A DNA stretch of 64,000 nt from the NCBI GenBank assembly GCA_963798915.1, contig CAWCVB010000002.1, forward strand, positions 544,001 to 608,000. The letters are read 5' to 3'. This DNA comes from an uncultured Gemmatimonadales bacterium (GTDB taxonomy: Bacteria; Gemmatimonadota; Gemmatimonadetes; Gemmatimonadales; GWC2-71-9). Under the pieces are notes generated by a model that was given only the letters and a program-made list of their open reading frames with translations, did not search any database and had not been told where the DNA came from. The position numbers and the translations under genes are program-made. Positions 17,632 to 28,075 of the stretch are shown one piece after another (position 1 is the first letter of the stretch; the number at the start of each line of letters is the position of its first letter).

Positions 17632-20286
17632 TCACATCCCCAGCCACCACGTGGCCTTGACCGCCAGCACATTGGTGGCCGGTGCGTGCCAGATGGCGCT
17701 GACGTCGCGCCCGAATCGAAAGTCGCCCACGGGATCGATGCCTTGCCGCGCCTGCTGCCAGACGAGAAAGAGCGTGGAGCCCGGCCGATACTCCCAGCGC
17801 AGCACCAGGTTGGCCCGGAGCGAATGGAAGTTGAAATCGGGATTCTGGATCTGGAATGTGGAAGCCGGGCCGGCGCCGTCGGGATCCACGATGTAGGCGC
17901 CCGAAGACTTGTCCTGGCTCACGGTCCCCCGGTCGACGCCATACTCTGCAAAGTCATACTCGCCCGGCGTGGTGAACTCCTTGAACCGGCTGTAGTCGCC
18001 AGCCGAGATGAGGGGCTGCACGTAGAGCTGCAGGGTGAGGGTGGGACTGAAGAGCCAGTCCACCCGGGTGTCGAGCGCCAGCTCGCGCTGCTCCAGCTGG
18101 GCAAAGACGGTACGTGTCCCAAACGTGGCCGTCGCCGTGGGATCGCGTACCGGGCGCACGAACTGGTTGGTGGTGTGGGCTCGCGTGAAGGATGGCTCGA
18201 ACGAGAGGTGGACGCTGGATGAGGGCACCACCTCGAGGCTCGGGCCCAGGTTGACACTCCAGCTCCCTGCCGCATCGTGGAAGATGCTGGACCGCACGCC
18301 GTAGGTCAGCGCACCACGGTTATCACTGGAGATCGAGACGTTCCAGTTGGTGTTGGATGGCGCGCGTGCCAGCGGGCCGCCTCGCGTGAACCGATCGTCC
18401 ATCGAACCGAAGTAATGGAAGACGTTGTAGTCGATGCTCCAGAAGTTGCGCAGGGTGACGTTGATGATATTGCCGACGTAGCTGGTGGTATGGTCGCCGT
18501 CATAGTTCCAGTCATTGCCGGAGAGCACGCCGGCCACCCAGCGACGGAACAGCGGCCCCGGCCTGGTCTGCTCATAGTGCAGGTCGGTCGAGACACCGCG
18601 CCGGCCCACTGCCTGCGAAAAGCCCAGGTCGTTGGTTTCGTAACCAGGGCTCTTCTCCTGGTAGGCCAGATTCCCGCCCCAGTGGCCGCCGCTCACCTTG
18701 GTCACCGCAAGCTGCATGGCGTAGCCGGCGAGCGAGGTGCGGGTGGAGTCATAGTCCAGGTGCACGGCATCGGGCCGCTGGTAGTAACGGGCGCTCGACC
18801 GCTGGGCCCGCGCGATGGCGCCTTCGCTGCCATGGATCAGGCTGGATGCCCAGGAGGCGTCGAGAGCCCACCGACGATTATCCCAGTAGTGCTTGAGGTC
18901 CACCCCGCCGACATACCCGCTGGAGCGAAGCATGGAGGCAAGGGTCGAATCGCCAAGGGAGCGGTTGACCGCCGTGACGAGTGCGCCGATGGAGGTGTTG
19001 CCCTCGCGCAGTTCGCGCCGGATGCGCCCGGCAAAGTAATTGGCGGCAGGCTCGACCGCCTGCTGCAGGACGGGGCCGTCGGGCGCCGTGATGTATCGCC
19101 CGCTCTCGCGAGGTGTCACCGCATCGAGCAGCGCAATGGACCACCCCGACGGGGTCTTGCCGGTCAGCTTGCCCGCCGCGGCAATGGTGGTCTGCTGCGG
19201 GACCTCGGTGACCAGCGCGCCAGGATCGGTAATTTCGCCCTGCGGCGCTCGTCCGATCCGCCGTGAGAAGAACGTTTCAGGCGATCCGAACGAGTTGAAG
19301 GTGCTGAGCCTGCCAAAGGTGAAGAGATCAGACCCCTCCACGAAGAAGGGTCGCTTCTCGTCAAATGACGTCTCGAACGCGCTCAGGTTCACCACCGCCG
19401 GATCCAGCTCCACCTGGCCGAAGTCAGGATTGATCGTCGCGTCGAGGGTAAGGTCGCTGGTGATGCCGAGCTTGAGATCCGCACCGGCAGCGCCGAAATA
19501 GTCGCTGCCCGAGCGGAAGGGATTGCCGGCACCGACCGCCGCGTACTCGGCGCGGCCACTCAGGTATGGGGTGACCTCGACGCGGCGGGGCGGCGCCAGG
19601 CCGCCCATGCCGCTCAGTGTCGCGTAGCGCGCGGGGGTGGAATTTTCCGACCGCGGCACCAGCACCAGGACGTCTGATTCCTGCTTGCGCTGGATGAATC
19701 GCACGACCTGGATGCCCCAGGTGTCGGATGACCGATTGAAGCGCAACTGGGAAAGCGGGATCCTGATTTCAGCGGTCCAGCCCAGGGAATCGACGGTAGT
19801 GGCGACGTCCCAGACCGGGTCCCAGGAGCCATCCTCCTCACCGTCGGCGCCGGCGGAGGCGTCGCCCTTGTTGCCGGCCGGATAGACATCAAACACGAAG
19901 GCGGTCAGCTTGTCATGCCGGGAATCGAGCCGGATCGTGAGGCGGTCGCTGGCCGGCTCGTCGTCGCGCCGGGCCAGCCGGCTCACGATGCGGGCGGGCT
20001 CGTCATCGAACATGCGGGCGCCAAGGTAGAGAGCGCCGTCGCCCACCACGGCCCGGATCTCGGTACGCTCGGTGGCTGGCTTGCCCTCGTCGGGGTCGCG
20101 CTGGAGGTCGAGAGTCATGGGAGTGGCCGTAGTCCATCCCGCGTCATCCAGCGTGCCGTCGAGCTGGATGGCCTGGCCGAGCGGCGCGGCGCGAAACTCC
20201 GGGGCTGAGCCAGAGGGGTGTGAATCGCCAGTACGTGAGGCCGTCTCACTTTGCGCCAACATCATCGTGGGGCAGACGCAGAACAT
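17632..20286 (-). CDS. DUF5916-like protein (CBM9-like N-terminal domain, probable outer-membrane barrel); start uncertain
   Basis: LDGTLDD..W, WDPVWD, GWTAEIRIPLSQLRF, NPDFGQVE, EKRPFFVEG, RWEYRPGS and aromatic C-terminus. The upstream part of the track ORF overlaps gluQ and is rejected. Confidence 0.8.
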   Translation of the reverse strand: MFCVCPTMMLAQSETASRTGDSHPSGSAPEFRAAPLGQAIQLDGTLDDAGWTTATPMTLDLQRDPDEGKPATERTEIRAVVGDGALYLGARMFDDEPARIVSRLARRDDEPASDRLTIRLDSRHDKLTAFVFDVYPAGNKGDASAGADGEEDGSWDPVWDVATTVDSLGWTAEIRIPLSQLRFNRSSDTWGIQVVRFIQRKQESDVLVLVPRSENSTPARYATLSGMGGLAPPRRVEVTPYLSGRAEYAAVGAGNPFRSGSDYFGAAGADLKLGITSDLTLDATINPDFGQVELDPAVVNLSAFETSFDEKRPFFVEGSDLFTFGRLSTFNSFGSPETFFSRRIGRAPQGEITDPGALVTEVPQQTTIAAAGKLTGKTPSGWSIALLDAVTPRESGRYITAPDGPVLQQAVEPAANYFAGRIRRELREGNTSIGALVTAVNRSLGDSTLASMLRSSGYVGGVDLKHYWDNRRWALDASWASSLIHGSEGAIARAQRSSARYYQRPDAVHLDYDSTRTSLAGYAMQLAVTKVSGGHWGGNLAYQEKSPGYETNDLGFSQAVGRRGVSTDLHYEQTRPGPLFRRWVAGVLSGNDWNYDGDHTTSYVGNIINVTLRNFWSIDYNVFHYFGSMDDRFTRGGPLARAPSNTNWNVSISSDNRGALTYGVRSSIFHDAAGSWSVNLGPSLEVVPSSSVHLSFEPSFTRAHTTNQFVRPVRDPTATATFGTRTVFAQLEQRELALDTRVDWLFSPTLTLQLYVQPLISAGDYSRFKEFTTPGEYDFAEYGVDRGTVSQDKSSGAYIVDPDGAGPASTFQIQNPDFNFHSLRANLVLRWEYRPGSTLFLVWQQARQGIDPVGDFRFGRDVSAIWHAPATNVLAVKATWWLGM

Positions 20287-20292
20287 CAGCAG

Positions 20293-20424
20293 CACACGAA
20301 AACACGAAAGCACGAAAGGGAGCCTGATCGACCTCCCGGATTGCTCAGTCTGACAATTGAATCGGAGACCAGCGAGCCGCGACTCATGCCCCGCGACCGT
20401 CTCGTGCTTTCGTGTTTTCGTGTG
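20293..20424. repeat. 23-bp perfect inverted repeat built from ACACGAAA-like octamers
   Basis: CACACGAAAACACGAAAGCACGA (20293-20315) pairs with TCGTGCTTTCGTGTTTTCGTGTG (20402-20424). Confidence 0.9.
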
Positions 20425-20517
20425 AGCCATTGGAGCTGACCTGGAAATGGAGTCCCGTTGGAAACGTCCCGGTATGCACCCTCTGACGTCGCTCAGCGCG
20501 AAAAGGTTGCGCAGACC

Positions 20518-21348
20518 ATGACCCTCCCACCTCGGCCACCCTCGCTGCCGCCCGGGTTTCGCACTCGCTATGCACCGAGCCCCACGGGGTATCTCCATCT
20601 GGGACACGTGCTGAACGCATGCTGGACCTGGGAGGTGGCACGGGCATGGAACGGGCGGGTCCTGCTCCGGATCGAGGACCATGACGCCACGCGCTGCCGC
20701 GATGAGTATGTGGATGCGCTGCGGGAAGACCTGGACTGGCTCGGATTCGTGCCAGACGTTGGGGTGCTCCGCCAGAGCCAGCGCCAGGCGCGTTATGAAG
20801 CCGTGCTGGGCGAACTGCGCGCGCGAGGCCTGGCCTACGTCTGCGCCTGCTCGCGCAGGGACATCAGCGAGGCGGCAGGTGATGTCTTCAATGAAGAAAC
20901 CCGCTATCCTGGCACCTGCCGAAGGCTGGGTCTCGAGCCTGGGCCGGGGCGGGGATGGCGGGTGGTCATGGAGCCCGGGAACGAGTCATTCACCGACCTG
21001 CTGCTTGGGACGCTGACACAGGACCCCTCGGCGCAGTGTGGCGACCTTCTGGTGCGCGATCGACTCGGTCACTGGACCTATCAGTTCGCGGTGACGGTGG
21101 ACGACATGGACCAGGAGATTGATCTCGTGATCCGGGGTGAAGACCTGCTGGCGAGCACCGGACGCCAGCTCCGACTGGCGCGGCTCCTGGGACGAACGGT
21201 GATGCCCCTTTTCCTTCACCATCCGCTCATCCTCAAGCCGGATGGCGAGAAGCTGAGCAAGGCGAGCGGGGATACCGGAGTGAGGGAGATGCGCGGCACG
21301 GGCGTCACGCCGGAGGCGGTCATCCGGAAAGCTGCCCAGCTCGGGTGA
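20518..21348 (+). CDS. gluQ: Glutamyl-Q tRNA(Asp) synthetase
   Basis: RYAPSPTGYLHLGH (HIGH), LRIED, CACSR...YPGTC, YQFAVTVDD and KLSK. No anticodon-binding domain. Confidence 0.88.
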   Translation: MTLPPRPPSLPPGFRTRYAPSPTGYLHLGHVLNACWTWEVARAWNGRVLLRIEDHDATRCRDEYVDALREDLDWLGFVPDVGVLRQSQRQARYEAVLGELRARGLAYVCACSRRDISEAAGDVFNEETRYPGTCRRLGLEPGPGRGWRVVMEPGNESFTDLLLGTLTQDPSAQCGDLLVRDRLGHWTYQFAVTVDDMDQEIDLVIRGEDLLASTGRQLRLARLLGRTVMPLFLHHPLILKPDGEKLSKASGDTGVREMRGTGVTPEAVIRKAAQLG

Positions 21349-21381
21349 CCATCCTCGAATGGTCAGTGACAGGCGACCGCG

Positions 21382-21421
21382 CACACGAAAACACGAAAAC
21401 ACGAAAGGACGAAAACACGAA
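21382..21421 (+). repeat. Octamer tandem array (ACACGAAA)
   Basis: About five units between convergent gluQ and the RCC1 gene. Same unit as 20293-20317. Confidence 0.88.
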
Positions 21422-21465
21422 CCGACAACAGGACAAGAGAATGATACAACCGACGGTGACCGTAG

Positions 21466-22871
21466 TTATGGCGTGGGTGGTGGGACAGCCACCGGATTGG
21501 TGATGACGTTCTCGCTCGGACCCGACCAGTCGAGCGAGAGTCGAAGTTCATAACGACTCCGTCCGGTTGGTAGAGGCCGTAGACATGGTACTTATTTGCC
21601 GTGACCTCGGACCACGGCCCGCTATTCACGATTTGCTTCTGGTGATACACCCACCCGCCGTTCCAGTACGGGCTATCGCCGATCATCTGGATCAATCCAT
21701 CGGTCGTCACCGCAAGGAATGCGGTGGTCGTGGCCCACACAGCACGCACCGGCGCCGGTCCAAAGGAGGCCATCGGGATGCCGTCATAGGACGTGGGTGC
21801 GTAGACGAAAGGATCGCCGAAGCATACTGCTGCCGGCTCGTCCGCTCGCATTCCGCATGGATTCCAGATGTTGGCCGAGATACTTTGAAGTGGTGGCGCG
21901 CCCTGGCTGCGAGTGGGCACTCGCAGCGTATCCATTGGATAACCTGCGCTCTCTGGATGGGCACCCCAGCACCAGAGCGAATGATCGCTTCGGATACCGC
22001 ATGCGTAGCCATCCGCCGCCGCGACGGAGATCCAGTCGCTGGCGTCGCCTACCGCCACCGGGACGGTACTCTGCGTGGAACTGCCGTCACCCAGGATACC
22101 CCGGCCCCAGCAGAAGATCAGCCGAGCGGCGGTCAGGCCGCACGCCATTCCGCCGGCGTAGGCCAGATCAACGCCGGTGACCTGCAGCCCCGTGGCTGCG
22201 GCGACCGGCACACGACTCGGCTGCATGCTGCCATTCCCGAATACACCGGCGGTATTTGCTCCCCAGCACCAGAGTTGACTGGCGACGTCGATGCCGCAAC
22301 TGGATTCGAATCCGCCCACGAGTGCCGTGAACCGATGATTGCCCGCCACTGACACTGGACTTGCGGCCGTATCTCCGGCAGTAGCTGAGCCGAGCTCCCC
22401 GGAGCGATTGTCGCCCCAGCACCAGGCGTGCTGTTCCGCATCGAGAATGCACATCTGCGCGCCCGGCTCTCCATGCATCAGGGCCTTTGCCTGGAGGCCC
22501 CGGGCCTGGGCGTGAAATGTGAGCGACGTATCGGCGTCCGGCACCTCGGCCTTGGCGGTCTGCGGACCTGCGCCAAGACCGAGCACCCATCTGGCGTAGG
22601 CGACTCCATCAGAGTTGGTGGCGCTGGCCCGTGGCAAAAAGTCGGAGTAGGGTGACTCGGAAGTCCACTCGACCCGAAGCCCGCGGACAGGTCGAGCTCT
22701 TCCGTCGAGGATCCGAACACCGATCGCAAACGGCAGAGTGTCGCGCGCCAAGGCAGACTGCACCGTATCGCTGACTCGCTGGACATGCAGCCCGGTCCCC
22801 CGTGGAGACGTGCTCTCGCTGCAGGCGACAAGCAACACTACCGCGAGAAGCCTGGCCGTGCGTCGATGCAC
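21466..22871 (-). CDS. Lipoprotein with Ig-like N-terminal domain and RCC1 repeats; probable 1-nt frameshift near 21552
   Basis: Lipobox LVAC and repeated CWG(x)N..G.LG and PVxV motifs. An alternative frame after GVV gives YELRLSLDWSGPSENVITNPVAVPPPTP* (TAA 21466-21468), whereas the track ORF reads into the octamer repeat. Confidence 0.75.
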
Positions 22872-23033
22872 TTTGTCCCCCGGATGGTCGATGGCTTTCG
22901 CAAGTTGGGTTACGAAAGCCGGGGCCGCCAGCCCACCATCCGTCTGTCCCGCCCGCTGGAGCCTCCTCGCCGTCCCTGCTACCTTAGCTGTTCCCCAGCT
23001 GTTCCCCTTGCCCCAGCCCGGGAGCTCAACCGG

Positions 23034-24359
23034 ATGCCGACTGAAGCGTCACCGCGCCGGCGCATGCCGCTGCACACGAAGATCCTGCTTGGGCTCCTGC
23101 TCGGTGCTGCCGCCGGCATCTCGGCCAATGTCTTTCTGCATGACTGGCCCGGCTTGGCCTGGATTGTGGACAACGTCGCGAATCCGGTGGGTCAGATCTT
23201 CCTGCGGCTCCTGTTCATGATCGTGGTGCCGCTCATCTTCTGTTCGATCGCGCTGGGCGTTGCGTCGCTGGGCGACATCGGCCGGGTTGGCCGCGTCGGC
23301 GGCAAGACCATTCTCGTCTTTCTGTTCACCACCGCCTTTGCGGTGTGCATCGGGCTCACGCTGGTGAACACCGTGAAGCCCGGCAGGTCGCTCGCCCCCG
23401 AGACTCGGACGGCCCTGCTCGAGCGCTATGCTGGTGATGCTGCCGAGAAGGCCGCGCTGGCCGAACAGAGCAAGTTCGGCGTGAACACGTTCGTCAACAT
23501 CATCCCGCGCAATCCGGTGGCCGCGGCCGCCAACGGCGACTATCTCGCGCTGATCTTCTTTGCCCTGGTCTTCGGCATGGCGCTTACCATGCTGCCGGCG
23601 GAGAAGAGCAAGCCGGTCATCGATGTGCTGAACGGTATCGGCGAAGCGGTGATGCACATGATTCACTTCGCCATGAAGACCGCGCCGGTCGGCGTGTTTG
23701 GACTCATCTTCAGCGTCACGGCGCTTTTCGGCCTCGATGTGCTCAAGGCCCTGATCATCTTTGTGCTCATGGTGCTTGCGGGGCTGGCGGTGCATCAGTT
23801 CCTGGTGCTGCCGCTGCTGGCCCGCACTCTCGTCGGGATCAACCCCTTCCTCTTCATCCGTCGCGTGCGCGGCCTGATGGTCACGGCCTTCTCGACGTCC
23901 AGTTCGAATGCCACCCTGCCGACCACCATCGAGACCGCCGAGCGCAACTTCGGCGTGCCGAAGGAGATTGCCGGATTTGTCCTGCCGCTGGGCGCGACCA
24001 TGAACATGAACGGCACCGCGCTCTTCGAGGGAATGACGGTGCTGTTCCTGGCCCAGGTGTTCGGGCTCTCGCTCTCGCTGGGACAACAGCTGATCGTCGT
24101 CGGGATGTCGGTTATCACGGCCATCGGTACTGCTGGCGTCCCCGGGGGCTCGATTCCGCTCATGGTGCTGGTGCTGCAAGTGGTGGGCGTGCCGCCGGAA
24201 GGGATCGCGATCATCATCGGCGTGGACCGCATCCTGGACATGAGCCGCACGGTGCCCAATGTCACCGCCGACCTGCTGACTTCGCTCATCATCACGAAGA
24301 GCGAGGGCCTGCCGCTGATCATGCCGCCGGAGGAGGCGCTGCAGCTGGAGGAGACCTAG
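23034..24359 (+). CDS. Dicarboxylate/amino acid:cation symporter (DAACS, GltP/GltT-like)
   Basis: AFSTSSSNATLP, LPLGATMNMNGT and VDRILDMSRTVPNV motifs. Confidence 0.95.
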   Translation: MPTEASPRRRMPLHTKILLGLLLGAAAGISANVFLHDWPGLAWIVDNVANPVGQIFLRLLFMIVVPLIFCSIALGVASLGDIGRVGRVGGKTILVFLFTTAFAVCIGLTLVNTVKPGRSLAPETRTALLERYAGDAAEKAALAEQSKFGVNTFVNIIPRNPVAAAANGDYLALIFFALVFGMALTMLPAEKSKPVIDVLNGIGEAVMHMIHFAMKTAPVGVFGLIFSVTALFGLDVLKALIIFVLMVLAGLAVHQFLVLPLLARTLVGINPFLFIRRVRGLMVTAFSTSSSNATLPTTIETAERNFGVPKEIAGFVLPLGATMNMNGTALFEGMTVLFLAQVFGLSLSLGQQLIVVGMSVITAIGTAGVPGGSIPLMVLVLQVVGVPPEGIAIIIGVDRILDMSRTVPNVTADLLTSLIITKSEGLPLIMPPEEALQLEET

Positions 24360-24360
24360 T

Positions 24361-24403
24361 GGTCGACGGTCGACGGTCGACGGTCAACGGTCGACCGTTG
24401 ACG
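24361..24403. repeat. Heptamer array (GGTCGAC) ending in a 20-bp palindrome; likely bidirectional 3'-end hairpin
   Basis: GTCAACGGTCGACCGTTGAC at 24383-24402. The array fills the gap between convergent symporter and tal genes. Confidence 0.8.
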
Positions 24404-24405
24404 CT

Positions 24406-25506
24406 TCACCCCGCCACCTTCTCCATCTTAGCTTCGAGCCCTTCCAGCAGCTTGTCATAGCTGGCGCTGAACTTCTCGACGCCTTCCTTTTCCAGTTCGT
24501 CCGTGACCTGGCCCAGATCAATGCCCGACTCGGCCAGGGCCTCGAGCGTGTCATCCGCCCGCGCCATGCCGTCGTGAATGCGATCCGTCGGTTCGCCATG
24601 GTCCTTGTAGGCCTTGAACGTCTCCGGCGGCATCGTGTCCACGGTGTAGGGCGCTACCAGCGCTTCCACATAGTAGATGTCGGGATAGGCCGGATCCTTC
24701 GTGCTGGTGGAAGCCCAGAGCGGGCGCTGGAGGTTGCCGCCCTCCGACGCCAGCAGCCGCCAGCGTTCTGACGCCATCGTCGCTTCAAAGAGCTGATACG
24801 CTTTGCAGGCATTGGCGATCGCCGCCTTGCCGCGGACCTTTTTCGGATCGCCTTTCGCGTCGAGCAGCTTGTCCACCTTGGTATCCACCCGGCTCACGAA
24901 GAAGCTGGCCACCGAATGGATCTGCGCAATCGGTTGGCCCTTCTTGACCCGCGTCTCCAGGCCGCGGAAGTAGGCCTCGATCACGTCCTTGTAGCGGTCC
25001 ACCGAGAAGAGCAGGGTGATGTTGACGTTCACGCCTGCTGCCGTCGCCCTTTCGATCGGGTCCAGTCCCGCTTCCGTTCCCGGAATCTTCACGAAGACAT
25101 TGGGGCGGCCCACCGCATCATGCAGGCGGATGGCCTCCTTGAGCGTGGCGTCGGCATCGTAGGCGAGCGCCGGTCCCACCTCGATCGAGACGGTGCCGTC
25201 TCCATTTCCGAGCTCGTCGAACGTGGGGCGGAAGATGTCGCAGGCGCCTTGGATGTCCTCGATGGAAAGCGCATCGAAGACTCCGGCCACGTCGCGCCCA
25301 GCCTCCGTGAGCGAGCGGATATCGTCATCATACAGCTCGCTTCCCGAGACGGCCTTCTCGAAAATGGTCGGGTTCGAGGTCATGCCCCGGAGCCCGTCTT
25401 CCTCGATCAGCCGGGCCAGCTCACCTTCGGTGACCAGGTCGCGGGTGATATAGTCGTACCAGGGACTCTGGCCGAGCTGGCCGAGCCGGATCAATGGATT
25501 GGTCAT
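24406..25506 (-). CDS. tal: Transaldolase
   Basis: [15 protein letters not shown] (Schiff-base Lys), [17 protein letters not shown] and RPLWAST. ATGA overlap with tkt. Confidence 0.96.
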   Translation of the reverse strand: MTNPLIRLGQLGQSPWYDYITRDLVTEGELARLIEEDGLRGMTSNPTIFEKAVSGSELYDDDIRSLTEAGRDVAGVFDALSIEDIQGACDIFRPTFDELGNGDGTVSIEVGPALAYDADATLKEAIRLHDAVGRPNVFVKIPGTEAGLDPIERATAAGVNVNITLLFSVDRYKDVIEAYFRGLETRVKKGQPIAQIHSVASFFVSRVDTKVDKLLDAKGDPKKVRGKAAIANACKAYQLFEATMASERWRLLASEGGNLQRPLWASTSTKDPAYPDIYYVEALVAPYTVDTMPPETFKAYKDHGEPTDRIHDGMARADDTLEALAESGIDLGQVTDELEKEGVEKFSASYDKLLEGLEAKMEKVAG

Positions 25507-27563
25507 GAGGTAGTCCTCCCTGCCAGTTGTCGCACCGCGCGTGCGACGTGCTCGGCGGTAAAGCCGAATTCGCGCATCACCCGCTCGCCCGGCGCGGAGG
25601 CGCCGAAATGATCGATCCCGATCGCGATGCCGTCGTCGGTTACCCAGCGCTCCCACCCCTGAGTCACGGCCGCCTCGATCGACACACGCCGCCGCACGTC
25701 AGGCGGAAGCACGCTGTCGCGGTAGGCCTGGTCCTGCTGGGCAAAGAGTTCCCACGAGGGCATGCTCACCACCCGGGTCCGGATCCCTTCGTTGTTCAGC
25801 GTCTCGGCAGCCGTCAGCGCCAAATGCACTTCGCTTCCGGTCGCCATGACGATTGCTTCGGGCACGCCCTCGGAGTCGCGCAGGATGTAGGCGCCGCGTC
25901 GGGCACCCTCGGCCGGCGCCAGGGTGCTGCGATCCAGGATCGGGAGCTTCTGCCGCGAGAGCGCCATCACCGTCGGGCCGTCGGTCCGGCTCAGGGCGGC
26001 GTGCCAGGCCTCGCGAGTCTCGTTGGCATCGGCGGGACGAATGACGTTCACATTCGGCATGGCTCGCAGCATCGCGAGGTGTTCCACCGACTGATGGGTC
26101 GGACCATCCTCGCCGAGGCCGATGGAATCGTGCGTCCCGATGATGATGACCGGCAGTTTCATCAATGCCGCCAGCCGGATGGACGGTTTCATGTAGTCCG
26201 TGAAGATCAGAAAGGTGCTGCCGAAGGGCCGGACGCCTCCATGCGCCGCCATGCCATTCAGCGCCGCCGCCATGCCATGCTCGCGGATGCCGAAGTGGAA
26301 CAGCCGCCCGGTCTCGACCGGGCCGAAGACGCCGAGGTTCTCCACGTTGAGACCGGTGCTCTCGACCAGGTCGGCTGAGCCCCCCGCCAGCTCGGGTACG
26401 GCATCGGCCAGTGCGACCAGGACCTGCTGCGATGCCTGACGGGTGGCGAGCTTGCCATTCTCGGGTGCGAAGTGTGGCAATCCGGAGTCCCAGCCCTCGG
26501 GTAGGGCGCCACCCAGGAAGCGCTCAAATTCCGCCGCTGCATCGGGATGCTGCGTGCGGTAGCGATCGAACAGCGCATCCCATTCTGCCTCGATCTTCTC
26601 ACCCCGCGGCACTGCCTCGCGCCAGTGCGCCAGGGCGTCGGCCGGCACGGTGAACGGCTCCTGCGGCCAGCCCAGGATCTCCTTGGTGCGCCGCACTTCC
26701 TCGGCCCCAAGGGGGGAACCATGGGCCTCGGCGGTGTCACGCTTGGTGGGCGCCGGGTCGCCAATGTGGGTGCGCAGGACGATGAGCGATGGACGCCGCT
26801 CCTCGCGGCGGGCCGCCTCCAGGGCAAGATGAATGGCGTCGAGATCATTCCCGTCGTCCACGTGCTGCACGTGCCAGCCATAGGCTTCGAACCGCATGCC
26901 GACGTCTTCGCTGAACGCCAGCGACGTGCTGCCGTCGATGGTGATGTGGTTGTTGTCGTAGATGAAGTTGAGTTTGCCAAGGCGCAGGTGGCCCGCCAGG
27001 CTCGCGGCCTCGCTCGAGACCCCTTCCATGAGGTCGCCATCACTGCAGAACCCCCAGACGCGATGGTCCACAATGTCGAGCCCCGGCCGGTTGAACCGGT
27101 GAGCCAGCAGGCGCTCGGCGATGGCCATGCCGACGGCGTTGCCGAATCCCTGGCCCAGCGGTCCCGTGGTCGTCTCCACGCCGACCGTGTGCCCCCGCTC
27201 GGGATGTCCCGGTGTCTTCGAATCCCACTGGCGAAAGTTCTTCAACTCATCGAGCGAGAGGTCATAACCGGTGAGGTAGAGCATGGCGTACAGCAGCATG
27301 GAGGCGTGGCCGCAGGAGAGCACAAAGCGATCGCGGTTACTCCAGTAGGGATTTGCCGGATTGAACCGGTGGAAGTGACGCCAGAGCACGTAGGCAGCCG
27401 GCGCCAGCGCCATCGGCGTTCCGGGATGGCCGGACTTGGCCTGTTCCACGGCATCCATGGCGAGGGTTCGAACGGTATTGATGCTCTTCCACTGGATCGT
27501 ATCGCGATCGGCGAATTCAGCCGAGGAGGGTGTAGGCGTGGTGAGGGATGAAGCGGAACTCAG
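25503..27563 (-). CDS. tkt: Transketolase (probable CTG start at 27563)
   Basis: [30 protein letters not shown] and GEDGPTHQ. Conserved INTVRTLA lies upstream of the first ATG (27458). AGGAG RBS 6 nt before an in-frame CTG. Confidence 0.95.
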   Translation of the reverse strand: MSSASSLTTPTPSSAEFADRDTIQWKSINTVRTLAMDAVEQAKSGHPGTPMALAPAAYVLWRHFHRFNPANPYWSNRDRFVLSCGHASMLLYAMLYLTGYDLSLDELKNFRQWDSKTPGHPERGHTVGVETTTGPLGQGFGNAVGMAIAERLLAHRFNRPGLDIVDHRVWGFCSDGDLMEGVSSEAASLAGHLRLGKLNFIYDNNHITIDGSTSLAFSEDVGMRFEAYGWHVQHVDDGNDLDAIHLALEAARREERRPSLIVLRTHIGDPAPTKRDTAEAHGSPLGAEEVRRTKEILGWPQEPFTVPADALAHWREAVPRGEKIEAEWDALFDRYRTQHPDAAAEFERFLGGALPEGWDSGLPHFAPENGKLATRQASQQVLVALADAVPELAGGSADLVESTGLNVENLGVFGPVETGRLFHFGIREHGMAAALNGMAAHGGVRPFGSTFLIFTDYMKPSIRLAALMKLPVIIIGTHDSIGLGEDGPTHQSVEHLAMLRAMPNVNVIRPADANETREAWHAALSRTDGPTVMALSRQKLPILDRSTLAPAEGARRGAYILRDSEGVPEAIVMATGSEVHLALTAAETLNNEGIRTRVVSMPSWELFAQQDQAYRDSVLPPDVRRRVSIEAAVTQGWERWVTDDGIAIGIDHFGASAPGERVMREFGFTAEHVARAVRQLAGRTTS

Positions 27564-27665
27564 GGTGCGCTCCTGGTGGCAGACAGGCGAAAGTTAGGAG
27601 GATGAGTGGCGGGTTGAAAGTCGGCGCGGTAGGACGGGCACGGCGGGCGGGAACTCAGCCCCACG

Positions 27666-27901
27666 CTGTCATCGCGAGACAGCTGTATTGCGGCGGCCTG
27701 CGCCCGCCCGCAGCTGTCGAAGCAACGTTGCAGCCTTTCCGGGAGACCTTTGGCCAATGGCTGCCTACATCGCGGGCGTCCGCTGGCGCTCGGCCTCAGT
27801 GCGGACTCCGCCGGCAATCGCGGTCGGGCTGCCAGGTTGCTTCGTTGGGCCCTTCAGGGCGCACGGCCGTGCGCCCCTACGGGCCCTCCTCGCAATGACA
27901 G
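27666..27901. repeat. TGTC-tagged REP doublet with internal hairpins and nested GTAG REP
   Basis: CTGTCATCGCGAG..CGAAGCAAC ... GTTGCTTCG..CTCGCAATGACAG. GGGCGCACGGCCGTGCGCCCCTAC (27857-27880) is a GTAG-type REP on the minus strand. Confidence 0.85.
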
Positions 27902-27922
27902 TGTCGGGCGAGCTTCGGTGTC

Positions 27923-27956
27923 CGCCGTCTCGCCGTCTCGCCGTCTCGCCGTCTCG
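27923..27956 (+). repeat. Octamer tandem array (CGCCGTCT)x4
   Basis: Seen directly, upstream of the HNH gene promoter. Confidence 0.9.
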
Positions 27957-28075
27957 ATACCGAACATATCCCGAATTGGCCCGGCCCTATATCGTCCCGG
28001 CCCCAAAATTGCTATCTTTCGCCGTTACTCTGGCCTGCCAAGGCGGGCCCATGTTCAACTTAACATAGGGTATTT

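Noticed and set aside
20425..20682. N-terminal extension of the 1016-aa ORF
   Set aside because: Overlaps the divergent gluQ gene and is not protein-like.
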